NCBI GenBank assembly: GCA_048886685.1
Contig: JBHLKM010000013.1
Span: 32,001-96,000 of the forward strand
Direction: 5' to 3'
Length of the DNA: 64,000 bases
Source: Candidatus Hodarchaeota archaeon
Lineage (GTDB): Archaea; Asgardarchaeota; Lokiarchaeia; Sigyniarchaeales; SOKP01
Positions 53,327-63,800 of this stretch are shown here, piece after piece; within the stretch, counting starts at the first letter, position 1; every line of letters begins with the position of its first letter. The position numbers and the translations under genes are program-made. Under the pieces are notes generated by a model. It did no database searches. It saw only the letters and a list, made by a program, of their open reading frames with translations, and had not been told where the DNA came from.

Positions 53327-54544
53327 TTATAAAGATCCATAAACATTTTTTAAACCTTTATTTAAACCGAAGAGAAATTTTTCATTAGAATGCTCTATTA
53401 GAGAATTTGTATACTCAATGATCTTTTTAGCAATTTCAGGGTTTCGAAGCATTTGAACCTCGACCTTTTCAGCTCTATCCCATAATAGGTATGGCGTATC
53501 TTCATATGGAACCTCTTTTTTAACTTCTTTTATCCAACTATCTGGTAATTCATTAGTTAATTCTACATCAAGCATTTTTGCTAAAAAAATACTCCAAGCT
53601 CTAGGGACAACAGTTATTAAATATCCTCCTCCTCCGAATGCAACCCATTTATCTTGACAATATTCTTTTGCACAAGTTTTCATCGTCTGGGCTATATCTC
53701 TATAAACTGCTAATGAAAAGCCCATCTGTGTTAAGGGATCATCAAAATAGGTATCTACTCCTAACTGCGTTATTAAAATATCTGGGCTGTATGCTTCTAA
53801 TAATTTTGGTGCTGTTTTCCTGAATAATTTTATGAAAGATTTATTATTTGTCCCTGGCAGTAATGGGAAATTAATAGAATAACCATTCCCATCTCCTTCT
53901 CCAGTTTCATTAATAAATCCCGTTCCAGGAAAGAGAAACCTTCCATCTTGATGGTATGATATTGTTAAAACGTTAGGATCGTCATAAAAAAGCCATTGAA
54001 CACCATCACCATGATGACAATCAATATCAACATAGGCAATTTTAATGTCTTTTTTCAAAGTTTTTAAATGCTGAATAGAAATGGCAATGTCATTAAAGAT
54101 ACAAAAACCGGAAGCTTTTTCTCTCATTGCATGGTGAAGACCGCCTGCTGGATTGAATGCCACTTTTACCTCTTCTTCATTCCACACTTTATCTGCGGCA
54201 ATAATACTTCCTCCAGATATTAAAGCAGAAGCTTCATACATTCCTTTGAAAATAGGGTTATCTCCTGGTCCTAAACCATATATATAAGGAGATAATGATT
54301 TGTCGTTAGGATTTTCACTTAATTTTTTTACGACATCAATATATTTCGGAGAATGAACTCTTTCTAACTCTTCTCTGGTGGCCATTCGAGGCTCCAGAAT
54401 ATCTAATCTTTCATTTTCTAACAATTTTAGCTTATCCATAAGACTATACGTCAGCTTTAGCCTTAAGGGTCTCAGGGGATGATCTTTTCCAAAATTATAC
54501 TTTTGATATTCTTTGGTATAAACAAGCCCGACTTTATCCACCAT
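53327..54544 (-). CDS. Histone deacetylase family protein (AcuC/class I-like)
   Basis: HPLRP.R, GGLHHA, GFCIFND, DIDCHHGDG, GGGGY. Confidence 0.93.
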   Translation of the reverse strand: MVDKVGLVYTKEYQKYNFGKDHPLRPLRLKLTYSLMDKLKLLENERLDILEPRMATREELERVHSPKYIDVVKKLSENPNDKSLSPYIYGLGPGDNPIFKGMYEASALISGGSIIAADKVWNEEEVKVAFNPAGGLHHAMREKASGFCIFNDIAISIQHLKTLKKDIKIAYVDIDCHHGDGVQWLFYDDPNVLTISYHQDGRFLFPGTGFINETGEGDGNGYSINFPLLPGTNNKSFIKLFRKTAPKLLEAYSPDILITQLGVDTYFDDPLTQMGFSLAVYRDIAQTMKTCAKEYCQDKWVAFGGGGYLITVVPRAWSIFLAKMLDVELTNELPDSWIKEVKKEVPYEDTPYLLWDRAEKVEVQMLRNPEIAKKIIEYTNSLIEHSNEKFLFGLNKGLKNVYGSL

Positions 54545-54741
54545 TATAGTAAGTAAAATTAGGAGTACTATAAATTTTTTTTACATATTTTATAAGACAT
54601 GATTTCAAAATTGCTTTATCTGTTTGATAATTTTAAGAAAAAAAAAGTAATATATAAGAGAACTTGTATTATCAAAATATCATAAGAAAAAATAAATATA
54701 TAATATATAGTTCATACAAAATTATTTTATCACTTTAAAGA

Positions 54742-55296
54742 ATGAGTGTTATATTTCGAAAATTTTTAACTCGGGTTGGGCAACAGTCTGAATTTAAGCC
54801 TTTGAAGAATCAATTACTTAATTATTTGAAGAAGGAAAGTGAAAACAAATACAGGAATTACCCGAGATTAATAAAACTCATGAAGGATTATTGGCCTGAA
54901 TATCAAGACCGTTCACGTATTTCTCATCTTTTAAAAGATCACCACGAGGAAATTTTTAAATTGTATTTAAATACCTTTTTTCATTTCCGTAAGCGAGGGC
55001 TTTCTTTTGAAGATCCAGAAGCCCCTACCCCTGTTGATTTTAAGTTAGTGTTTAAATACAGATATAATTCTAAAGAAATTGAAGTAGTAGAAGAAGTAAT
55101 AAAGGATTTGAATATTGAAGCTAATACTGAATCAATACTGAAAAGGGTTTTTATATTTGCCATAAGCTCTTTCGGCTTTTTAGTAGAACAAATTTTTGGG
55201 AGACCATTTGCCTTTCAATTTTTCGATATAACAGCAAATCCTCTTCCTAATGATGAGTGTGAAGTAGTAGCTATAATATCAGGAAGAGAGCAATAA
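54742..55296 (+). CDS. Hypothetical protein
   Basis: 184-aa ORF. Confidence 0.6.
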   Translation: MSVIFRKFLTRVGQQSEFKPLKNQLLNYLKKESENKYRNYPRLIKLMKDYWPEYQDRSRISHLLKDHHEEIFKLYLNTFFHFRKRGLSFEDPEAPTPVDFKLVFKYRYNSKEIEVVEEVIKDLNIEANTESILKRVFIFAISSFGFLVEQIFGRPFAFQFFDITANPLPNDECEVVAIISGREQ

Positions 55297-55307
55297 TAAT
55301 TCCATTG

Positions 55308-55733
55308 TTATTTAGTTAAAAATGATCCAAGGTCCATCAGATCATCACCACGTTTTACTTGGATCTTGCCTCTTATTCCTTTAACTTTCCGCTCTAAATA
55401 TATTATGGCATCAAGAGGAATTTTTTTGGGAACCCCTCCTCTTTGTTGAATAATTGCTAATAAATAATCTATGTTTTGTATGACCTCGGGATTTATTAAC
55501 TCATTATAAATTGCGTGATATACATTCGGTTGCTTGTTTTTCAGACCATTCAAGTAATTATAAGCATCTGGAGCTAACACCACCTTGAGAACATATTCAA
55601 CTTTTTCTGAAATTGTAACTACTCTATCTTTTACAAGTTCCTGATGTTTCTTCGCATCTATTATTGCTTTCATTTTTCTCATACGTATTTTTTCTAACTC
55701 ATGCTGTTCAAAATCTTTATCGCTTTCATTCAT
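55308..55733 (-). CDS. PDCD5-like DNA-binding protein
   Basis: ELEKIRMRKM, VL..VLAPDA..YL..LK..P......NELI. Confidence 0.65.
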   Translation of the reverse strand: MNESDKDFEQHELEKIRMRKMKAIIDAKKHQELVKDRVVTISEKVEYVLKVVLAPDAYNYLNGLKNKQPNVYHAIYNELINPEVIQNIDYLLAIIQQRGGVPKKIPLDAIIYLERKVKGIRGKIQVKRGDDLMDLGSFLTK

Positions 55734-55897
55734 TTTATTGATTATCTCTGCTTATTTAATCGTATATCTAAATAATTATATTAATAATTAATGGAGGTTA
55801 AAATAATAATTTTTTGAGAAATTTAATTCTAAATGAAAAATAATAATGATATCTTTACATCTTCTTATAAGAAGTTACATGAAAAATTAGAAAAAAA

Positions 55898-56081
55898 TGG
55901 TCCCTCCCCCCGGATTCTAGCGTGATCCGATATGGACCCTTATTTCGAGCCGGGGACCGTTCCCGGTATGGTCGATATGCACCATAACTCTCGGTTACGG
56001 CTGACGTAACTTCATTAGCTACAAGCTTTAGTACGCGACATTATCTACAGCCGAGCACTCTGACCACTGAGTTAGGGAGGG
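55898..56081 (-). tRNA. tRNA-Tyr(GUA) with three introns (~56044-55996, ~55989-55960, ~55944-55916), encoded CCA
   Basis: C1:G72 acceptor CCCTCCC/GGGAGGG-A-CCA, CTCGG-CT-GTA-G...A-CCGAG, T-stem CCCGG/CCGGG; 76 nt after removing 49+30+29 nt. Confidence 0.85.
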
Positions 56082-56369
56082 GATATGTTTTAAAATAAAA
56101 TAATAATCTAATTAATTTATGTTTTATGTTTTTAGATTTAGACTAAGTAATAACAAAAAGAAATCGATAGTTTTTTTGTACCCACAAAATTCTACCTTTT
56201 GATTAAGAAAACTTCAAATATGTTTACTTTATAAGAATATTAAACAAAAAATTTTCCAATAAAAAAAAGCAAATTACTTTTGTTGTGAAAAATTTTTATT
56301 GTCATAATTAATATTTTTATAAAAATTAACTATTATAATAATTACAATTTAAATGTAAATTTTTTAAAG

Positions 56370-56888
56370 GTGATTATCATCAGGGAAGAAACTGATTATA
56401 CTGAAGCAATCGAGGCGTATAAGAACGAACCTACTGTCATTCTAGAACCATGGGGTAGAAGTATCGATCACTTACGCTTAACAATCATCGGTAAAAAAGG
56501 AACTCCTTATGCAGATGGCAAATTTGTGTTTGAAATTAAATTTCCAGACAATTATCCTTTCGCCCCTCCATATGCTTATGCTGTTACTCTAATGTGGCAT
56601 CCTAATATCGATAGCTCTATTCCACCAGGAAAACTCAACATTTGTTTAGATTTGATTAATCCAGATTTAGTTGGAAAAGTAGATGCATCAACTGGAGCAA
56701 GTGGTTGGACACCAAGTAAAACATTAACTAACATTATCGAAGCTCTCAAGGGAATGATGCATGTTGAACCTCCATTCTTTAATCCCGGAGATCCATTGAA
56801 TCACGAGGCAGGTGAGCAATATTTTAGGGCTCAGAAAAAGTTTGAGGCTAAAGCAACTGCTTGGACTAAGAAGTATGCCATGGACTAA
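56370..56888 (+). CDS. Ubiquitin-conjugating E2-like enzyme
   Basis: GTPYADG.F.F.I.FP.NYPF.PP, HPNI, catalytic ICLDL, WTPS. Confidence 0.93.
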   Translation: MIIIREETDYTEAIEAYKNEPTVILEPWGRSIDHLRLTIIGKKGTPYADGKFVFEIKFPDNYPFAPPYAYAVTLMWHPNIDSSIPPGKLNICLDLINPDLVGKVDASTGASGWTPSKTLTNIIEALKGMMHVEPPFFNPGDPLNHEAGEQYFRAQKKFEAKATAWTKKYAMD

Positions 56889-57074
56889 AAGATTTCAACC
56901 ATTTTTTATATTCTATTTTTATTTTTTAAGTTATGAGATTTTAAACTTAGGAAATTTCATTTTTCTAGATTTTATCAAATAGTTAAACATCCCAAATTCT
57001 TATAAATTTAGGATACCTATTTTTTTTCAATCAGAAATTTTAACAATTTTATCATGCTCCCCTAATAAAGGCGT

Positions 57075-57470
57075 TTGATATTAAGATTTAAGTGGTATGA
57101 TGTGAAGGGCGTAATAGGAATAGCTGATTCAATACCTGAGGAAATAGAACGAGGATGGCGCCTATTAAACGAAGGGAAAGAAGATGAAGCGTATGATTTA
57201 ATAACTGAATTCGAAAGTAAAGGAAACTTAACTCCAGAGGAGATTCTTAGATCCCTTTTAGAACCTATTGCAAACTTTTCAGTGTGTTATTTATATAAAG
57301 GACAGACTTATCTTGTTAAACAAAAATTAGCAAATTTTAAAACTCTCATCCAAGAGAATGCATCAATAGAACAAATTCTCGAGAAATTCGAAAAGACTAG
57401 TCAAGTACTTCAAATAGAGGATTTTCCTTTTCTTAAACCATTAATTACACAAATCTTTATTAAAAAATGA
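57075..57470 (+). pseudogene. Internally deleted remnant of a TPR-family protein
   Basis: One TPR-like N-terminal helix pair joined directly to a VCYLYKGQTY C-terminal module. Confidence 0.45.
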
Positions 57471-57616
57471 ATAAAAGATCTAAATGACATTTTTGCCGTA
57501 GTCTAATCTGATATATTTATTTTTTCATTTTATATCATTCTTCTTGTAATTAAAATAAAATTATAAACCAAATATTTAAAATGATAAATGGATTAACCTA
57601 ACTACTTAATCTTATA

Positions 57617-58498
57617 GTGGTTCGATTGATTAAAAAATCAAAAGGATTAAAAGCAAAGTTTATTGACAATACTAAATTCAAGATTTCTGTATTTCAGGAC
57701 GAATTAGCAAAGGATGCCTCACAGATAATCCCTAAAATTTTTAAAGGGATTCAAAAAGCAAGAAAAGATTATAGAGAAGAGACTAAGGACTTGCCTCAAG
57801 AAACGAAATCAGCCCCAGAGGAATTATGGGATGAGATTATTCATATGGCAGAATCATTAGGCATCGATCTCATTGGATTTGCTCCTATAGAGGAGAATCT
57901 AATTTTTGAGAATGATTATGTAGGTGGTATTGAGCTATTATATGAAAATGGAATTGTTTTAGGGATGGAAATGGATTATGATGCTATTAATACTGCTCCT
58001 AATCCCCCTGCTGGTTTGGAATCGTTAAGAATATATGCAGAATTAGGAGAAGCTACAAATAAACTGGCAGATTTTATAAGATCGAAAGGTTATAGAGCTA
58101 TAGCATGCCATCCATTAGGTGGCCCTATTCTTTATCCTGCTATGGCAACTAAGGCTAATTTAGGGCAAATTGGTAGCCACGGCCTATTGATTACAAAGAA
58201 ATTTGGACCAAGACAGCGATTATCATTGATCTCAATTAATGCAGGACCACTTCCAGAAACGAACCACGAAGAATTTGAAATTTCTAAGTTTTGTGAGAAA
58301 TGTAAAAGGTGTATTAATTTTTGTCCCGTTAATGCTATTTTCGATAAACCAATTGCTAATGAAAATGGAACAATAACAAGAATAGATAGTGAGAAATGTT
58401 TTGAGTATTTTTATGAAACGACTGGATGTTCTGTATGCATAGAAAAATGTCCTTTACATAAAGTTGGGTACAAAGTACTGTTTTATAGGCAGATATAA
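57617..58498 (+). CDS. Reductive dehalogenase/QueG-like 2[4Fe-4S] protein
   Basis: A.KANLGQIGSHGLLIT..FGPRQRL, FCEKCKRCINFCP, CSVCIEKCP. Confidence 0.8.
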   Translation: MVRLIKKSKGLKAKFIDNTKFKISVFQDELAKDASQIIPKIFKGIQKARKDYREETKDLPQETKSAPEELWDEIIHMAESLGIDLIGFAPIEENLIFENDYVGGIELLYENGIVLGMEMDYDAINTAPNPPAGLESLRIYAELGEATNKLADFIRSKGYRAIACHPLGGPILYPAMATKANLGQIGSHGLLITKKFGPRQRLSLISINAGPLPETNHEEFEISKFCEKCKRCINFCPVNAIFDKPIANENGTITRIDSEKCFEYFYETTGCSVCIEKCPLHKVGYKVLFYRQI

Positions 58499-58525
58499 AA
58501 GAGTTAAATACTTAGGAGAATAATC

Positions 58526-59128
58526 ATGAATAATATCTCATTCACAGGCAAAAAACTCATAGTATTTGATCTTGACGGTACTATCGTTAAACTATCAGCA
58601 GATTGGATGATTTTAAAAAATATTTTAGTTGAAAAATACAGAGAAATATATAAAGAACAATGTGATGTTGATAGGGTTTCAAAATGTTTAGATAAAATAG
58701 TAGAAAAAAATGATGAGCAAGTATTAGAGAAATTCTTTGACGAAATACGTAATTATGAGCAAAAATTTCTAAAAGAAACCCAATTAATAGAAGAGACGAT
58801 TTTTTTCATAAAGAATAAGAATTTGTTTAATGTAAAAAATGATGTTAAATTTGCAATTCTATCACTTAACACGAGAAACACAATAATCCAGGCTTTGAAA
58901 TTAGCAAATATACAAGATAAAATAGATTACATTATAGGTAGAGAAGATGTAAGAAAATGGAAACCAGCTCCAGAGGGTCTCATAAAAATTAAAAATCACT
59001 TCAATGTAAAAAAAGAAGAAATGGTGTATTTTGGTGATTTAAAAATTGACCTTTTAACAGGAGAAAATGCAGGAATTGATACATATGTAATAAATGTTTT
59101 AATAAATCTAGTAAAAGAAATTGGATGA
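58526..59128 (+). CDS. HAD-superfamily phosphatase
   Basis: FDLDGT, KPAP, GD...D. Confidence 0.9.
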   Translation: MNNISFTGKKLIVFDLDGTIVKLSADWMILKNILVEKYREIYKEQCDVDRVSKCLDKIVEKNDEQVLEKFFDEIRNYEQKFLKETQLIEETIFFIKNKNLFNVKNDVKFAILSLNTRNTIIQALKLANIQDKIDYIIGREDVRKWKPAPEGLIKIKNHFNVKKEEMVYFGDLKIDLLTGENAGIDTYVINVLINLVKEIG

Positions 59129-59148
59129 AAAATAGAAAGAAATATTAT

Positions 59149-60732
59149 TCACATAAAAGCAATAACAACATTAAACTTTTTAATTTCTGATTCTGCTAAT
59201 GCTTTTCCTAATGGACTCAGTGTAATTATGTCATTGCTTTTTATTTTGAGAGAAGTCAGTTTAATATTTGGGTCCTTTAATGAGGGCATATAGGGATTCC
59301 AATAGATTTCTTTAGTCATAGGATTTGTAATCATCCATAATTCTGAATCTAAGGTGTGTCCTGATATTTCCATTGCTTCGAATATATAACCTACATTTGC
59401 ATCAAATGGAACTACAATTTGAACATTTTCTTCGCCTTCTATTTTTCCACAGGCAAGACAATCATCCCTTTTCAGGATATTTAAGTGATCAAATTGACCA
59501 TATATGCCATTATAATTGACATATGGTGGATCCATTGGAGCACCAATATTTCGTCCATTAACTCTAAATAAAAGTTTTAGCGCTTCTTGAGATTGAATGC
59601 TAGAGATGACAGAGCTAACTGTTTGTATCGCAGCTATTTTATTTCCTAAAATATTTTCCATCTCCTCAAATTTATAATTCGGTCCGAATGTTTCTCTAAT
59701 ATTATTTTTCCAATCTTCAATTTGTTCTTCGGTTAAAGAATCTCTTTCTTCTAGAGGGACGTTCTCATCAAAAACTCTTTCTCTTAATTTTTCCAATTCC
59801 ATTTGGGCAATCTCTTTTAACTTAAGCACCTCATCATTTAAATTCAGATCTGGCTTATGACCATATTTTTTTTCAAATTCAACCTCAGCTTTAATAACAC
59901 AATGATTTCTGTTGCGGGGTAATCCTTTTAAAGTGCACGCAGCAACTAACTTATCATCAGCAGGAGGAATTGGAACTAAACACCTATAACATGGGGTTTG
60001 ATCTAATAATTCAGGTGCAAACTTCCAATCAAAAACCAATTCTATTTCTTTTCTTATTTTATTGACAATAGGATCGATTCTAGTGGATTTTATTCGCTCA
60101 ATTTCTTCTTCTAATAATTCAATTTCTCTTTGAGCTCTATAATAATCGGGATATTCAGTATCGGTAATTTCCCAAAGTCTTGCTTCTACTAAATTTTCGA
60201 TTTCATTTTCTCTGCTTTTATATTTTAATCCTCCACCCTCAGGAATTACGATTTGTACATGTCCTTCAAAACCAACTGTTCCTCCCTCAACCATAGGTTT
60301 TTTCATTCTAAGGCATATTTTATTCAAATCTAATCTAGCATTAAAATTATCTAACGCAGCAACAATAACATCTGATTCTTCATAAACTGACATAGGTAAT
60401 TTCTGAAGTTTTTCAAAATAAAAATCAACATTTAAATACGGATTCATTTCTTTCAATCGTTCTGCGGCAACTTCTGCTTTTGGGCGTCCTTCATCTCCAG
60501 GTCTAAATAGCATTTGACGCGATAAGTTAGAAGTCTCAATTGTGTCAAGATCGACTAATATCAATTTACCTATTCCCATGAGTGTAAAGTCTTTTGCAAT
60601 TTCGCATCCTAAAGCCCCAACTCCAACGATCATAATGCAACCATTATTGATTACTTCTTGATCCCATCCATCAATGAGCTGCTGTCGAGCATACATACGT
60701 GCTTTAACAATATCTTCGATTTTTTCAGTCAT
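59149..60732 (-). CDS. Ubiquitin-activating E1-like enzyme (UBA3-like)
   Basis: GVGALGCE, D.DTIETSNLSRQ, TPCYRC, catalytic CTLKGLPR..NHC, CLAC, C-terminal UFD-like region. Confidence 0.9.
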   Translation of the reverse strand: MTEKIEDIVKARMYARQQLIDGWDQEVINNGCIMIVGVGALGCEIAKDFTLMGIGKLILVDLDTIETSNLSRQMLFRPGDEGRPKAEVAAERLKEMNPYLNVDFYFEKLQKLPMSVYEESDVIVAALDNFNARLDLNKICLRMKKPMVEGGTVGFEGHVQIVIPEGGGLKYKSRENEIENLVEARLWEITDTEYPDYYRAQREIELLEEEIERIKSTRIDPIVNKIRKEIELVFDWKFAPELLDQTPCYRCLVPIPPADDKLVAACTLKGLPRNRNHCVIKAEVEFEKKYGHKPDLNLNDEVLKLKEIAQMELEKLRERVFDENVPLEERDSLTEEQIEDWKNNIRETFGPNYKFEEMENILGNKIAAIQTVSSVISSIQSQEALKLLFRVNGRNIGAPMDPPYVNYNGIYGQFDHLNILKRDDCLACGKIEGEENVQIVVPFDANVGYIFEAMEISGHTLDSELWMITNPMTKEIYWNPYMPSLKDPNIKLTSLKIKSNDIITLSPLGKALAESEIKKFNVVIAFM

Positions 60733-60864
60733 TTAAAATATCCTCATTTCTTACAAATATACTATTATAATTTAAACATCTAAATATAAACTCTTTCAGT
60801 TGATTAATTAAACTATAAGGATTATAGTTAAAATTTGAATTGTAATACAAAATAAAATGAGTTA

Positions 60865-63800
60865 TTATTTTTCTTTCCTTTTCTCGGCTTCCTTAATCAT
60901 CCGTTTTAAATTATCTACTTCTTCTCTCTCTTTCGCCATTTGTAACTTTTCTTGGAATTCTTGTCTTTTATTTTCTTTTAACTTTAATTCTTCAATAAGT
61001 TCTTCTTTGATTTTTATCATGTCTCCCATCATACGTCTAAATTCTTTTGCCTCATACTTTATCTCCTCCCTTTTCTGGGTATCTGCAATTTCCTGTTGTT
61101 TTCTCCTTTCTTCAATTAGATTAATAACTTCATTAGCAAGGGTACTAACTTCTCCGATAGTTTCTTTTAATTGCGCTTCCTCTGCTTTTCTGCGGCTTTC
61201 TTCAGAGGTTCTCTGCTTATCTAGTTGTTCTTGAATGCTTTGAATTTTTAATTCTTCACTTTCAACTCTTTTTTCGAGTTCTTTTGTATTTCTTATTTCA
61301 GTTTCAATATATTTTGTTTCTTCAAGCCAACCAATTTCTTTAAACTTTTCTTTTGCAGTCTCAAAATTCTGATAAGCTCTCTCAAAGTCATGATATGCTG
61401 CCCACTTTTTGCCCTCATCTATTAATTTTAATCCCTTGTCTCTAATTTCTTCCATTCGACGTTTACTCAGGATTAATTCTCTATATTGCCTTTCCTGTTC
61501 TCTCTTTAGCTTTTCTTGTTCTATTCTTCTTGCTTTAATTTCCTTTTGAAAAACTTCATACTCTTTTTGCCTTTGAATAAGAGTTTGTTCTTCTAAACGC
61601 TTCTTTTCTTGAAAACTAACTTGTTCTTGTTGTAGATCTTTGATTAATGCATTTAGATTATTTATTTCAGGTTCCCATCCAATATTATCTGCTAAAAGAT
61701 TCCTAGCTTCAATATACAATGATATAGCTTTAGTATAGTCAGGACTTAATTGTTTCAAATATTTCCCAGCTTCATCTAACATGGAATATGCTGATTCTCT
61801 TATACTAGCTTGTTCTTGGACGATTCTTTCTCTTTCCTGAAGTGCTAACAATTGAGCTTTTTTCTTTTCCCTTTCTTGTCCTTGTCTTTCTTCAATAAGT
61901 AACTGTAAATCTTTTTCTTCTTGAATTTTTTCTATTTCTCTCTGAAATTGAAATTCTTGCATTTCTTCTTTTTGTTTCATTAGCTGTTGTACTTTTGTTA
62001 CCATGCCTTTAATGGAATCTGTGGGGAAATGCAACTCATTTAATATTAATTCTGCTTTTCTATAACTTTCGATAGCTTTATCATATTCAAAATTCTTTAG
62101 TAATTCCTCAGCAGCATCTAATATCTTGAATGCATCTTGTTTTGTTAATTCAAGTTTCTCTTTCAATTTTTCCATTTCTTCAAGTTGAACTTGCTTTGTT
62201 TGTAATCGCCCTGATTCTTTTTTAAACTCATCAGCGATATTGCGTTGGAATTCCCATTCTTCTTTTTCCTTTTGGATACTTGATTCTAGCTCCTTCTGTT
62301 TTTGTATTTGATGTTGTTTTTTCTTCTCTTGAACTTTTTGGATCATTTCGCGAATTACTTCGGTTGGAAAGGCTATTTCATTTAAAATAATTTCAGCAGA
62401 GTGATAAGATTCAAGTGATTTATCATATTGAGCTTGATTCATATAGATTTCTGCTTCTTCAAGGAGGTTAAAAGCTTCTTCTTTTCTTCTTTCCATGTAT
62501 TCATAAGACTCTCGTTGCTTTTCAAGCTTTTTCTGTTTAGATTTCATTTTTATCTCATTTATTTTTACATTTTCAGCGATTTTTCTCTGAAATTGAATTT
62601 CCTCTCTCTCTTTTTGTAAATTTATCTCTAAATCTTTCTGTTTCGACATAATCTCTTCTCTACTTTTTGATTGAATTTTATTTATCATTTCCTTAATTGC
62701 TCCAGTAGGAAATCCGATTTCGTATAAAATTAATTCTGCTTGACGATATTTTTCAATTGCTTTTTCATATTGCCTTGTATTTAAAGCTTTTTGAGCATTC
62801 TCTATTAATTGAAATGCATCTGACTTCTTTCTTTCAAAAATTGTTAGTAAATCCTCACGCTTTTGGATTTGGACTTTTTTTTCTCTTAATCTATTATTTT
62901 CACTCTGTATTAATTCATAAACCTTCCTCTGGAATTTTTCTTCCTCTTCTTTTTGGTTAAGTAATAATTGTTGCTTAGCTTTTTCACTTAATTCTAATTT
63001 TCTTTTCCTGATCTTAATAGTCTTGATAGTATCATTTAACAATTTTAAATAGGACTCAGTCCAACCAATTTCGGTTAAAATATTAATAGCTTCGTTGTAC
63101 TTGTTTAAAGCATCTTCAAAACTACTTTGTTTAAGAAATACTTCAGCATCCTCAATAATCTTAAATGCTTCTTGTTGCTTAATTAGATTTTGCGCAGACA
63201 TTTTTCTTTGCATTTCTATTGACTTTAATTCTTTCATAGCTATTTCTTTTTCAAGTTCTTTATGTAGATTGATTTGTTCTATAAATGAATAATTAGCCTT
63301 TTCTTCTTCAATTGCTTTTTCTAATTCTCTTTGTTGAATGATTATCTCTTTTCTTTTTCTCTTCTGGATATCATTTATAGCCTCTTGAATTATAGGTATT
63401 TCATCAACCCATTGTATTTGGGCAAATATATTAGTTACCTCATTATATAATCTGAGTGCATTATCATAATTACCTTGTGAAAGATGTACTTGAGCTTCAT
63501 CTAATAATTTGAATGCGAGGTTCTTTTTTTCTTCGCGAAAAGCAAGTTCTTCTTCTTGCTTTCTGAGTTTAATTTCTCTTTGTTTTAATCGTTCTTGCTG
63601 AGTAGAAATTTCAAGTGCAATTTGAGCTTGAAAAGCCTTTTCAAGTTTTTCTTTTTCCAAAAGTTCTTCTAAATCTTTCTGTTTCTTTAATTCTGCTTCG
63701 CGCTTTTTATCTTCAACAGCTCTAATTGAATTCTGAATTAATTTTATTTCATCATCCCAATGAATTTCTTTAAAGATTTTTAATGCCTCTTGATATAACA

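Noticed and set aside
55861-55874. 14-bp palindrome CTTCTTATAAGAAG
   Set aside because: Short, AT-rich, single occurrence; cannot be distinguished from chance
57617-58498. Respiratory reductive dehalogenase
   Set aside because: No Tat signal or RdhB anchor; only family-level similarity
3793-59151. Further selenoproteins among TGA-terminated genes
   Set aside because: No SECIS-like element resembling the selD ones noticed by eye, and those proteins look complete at the TGA
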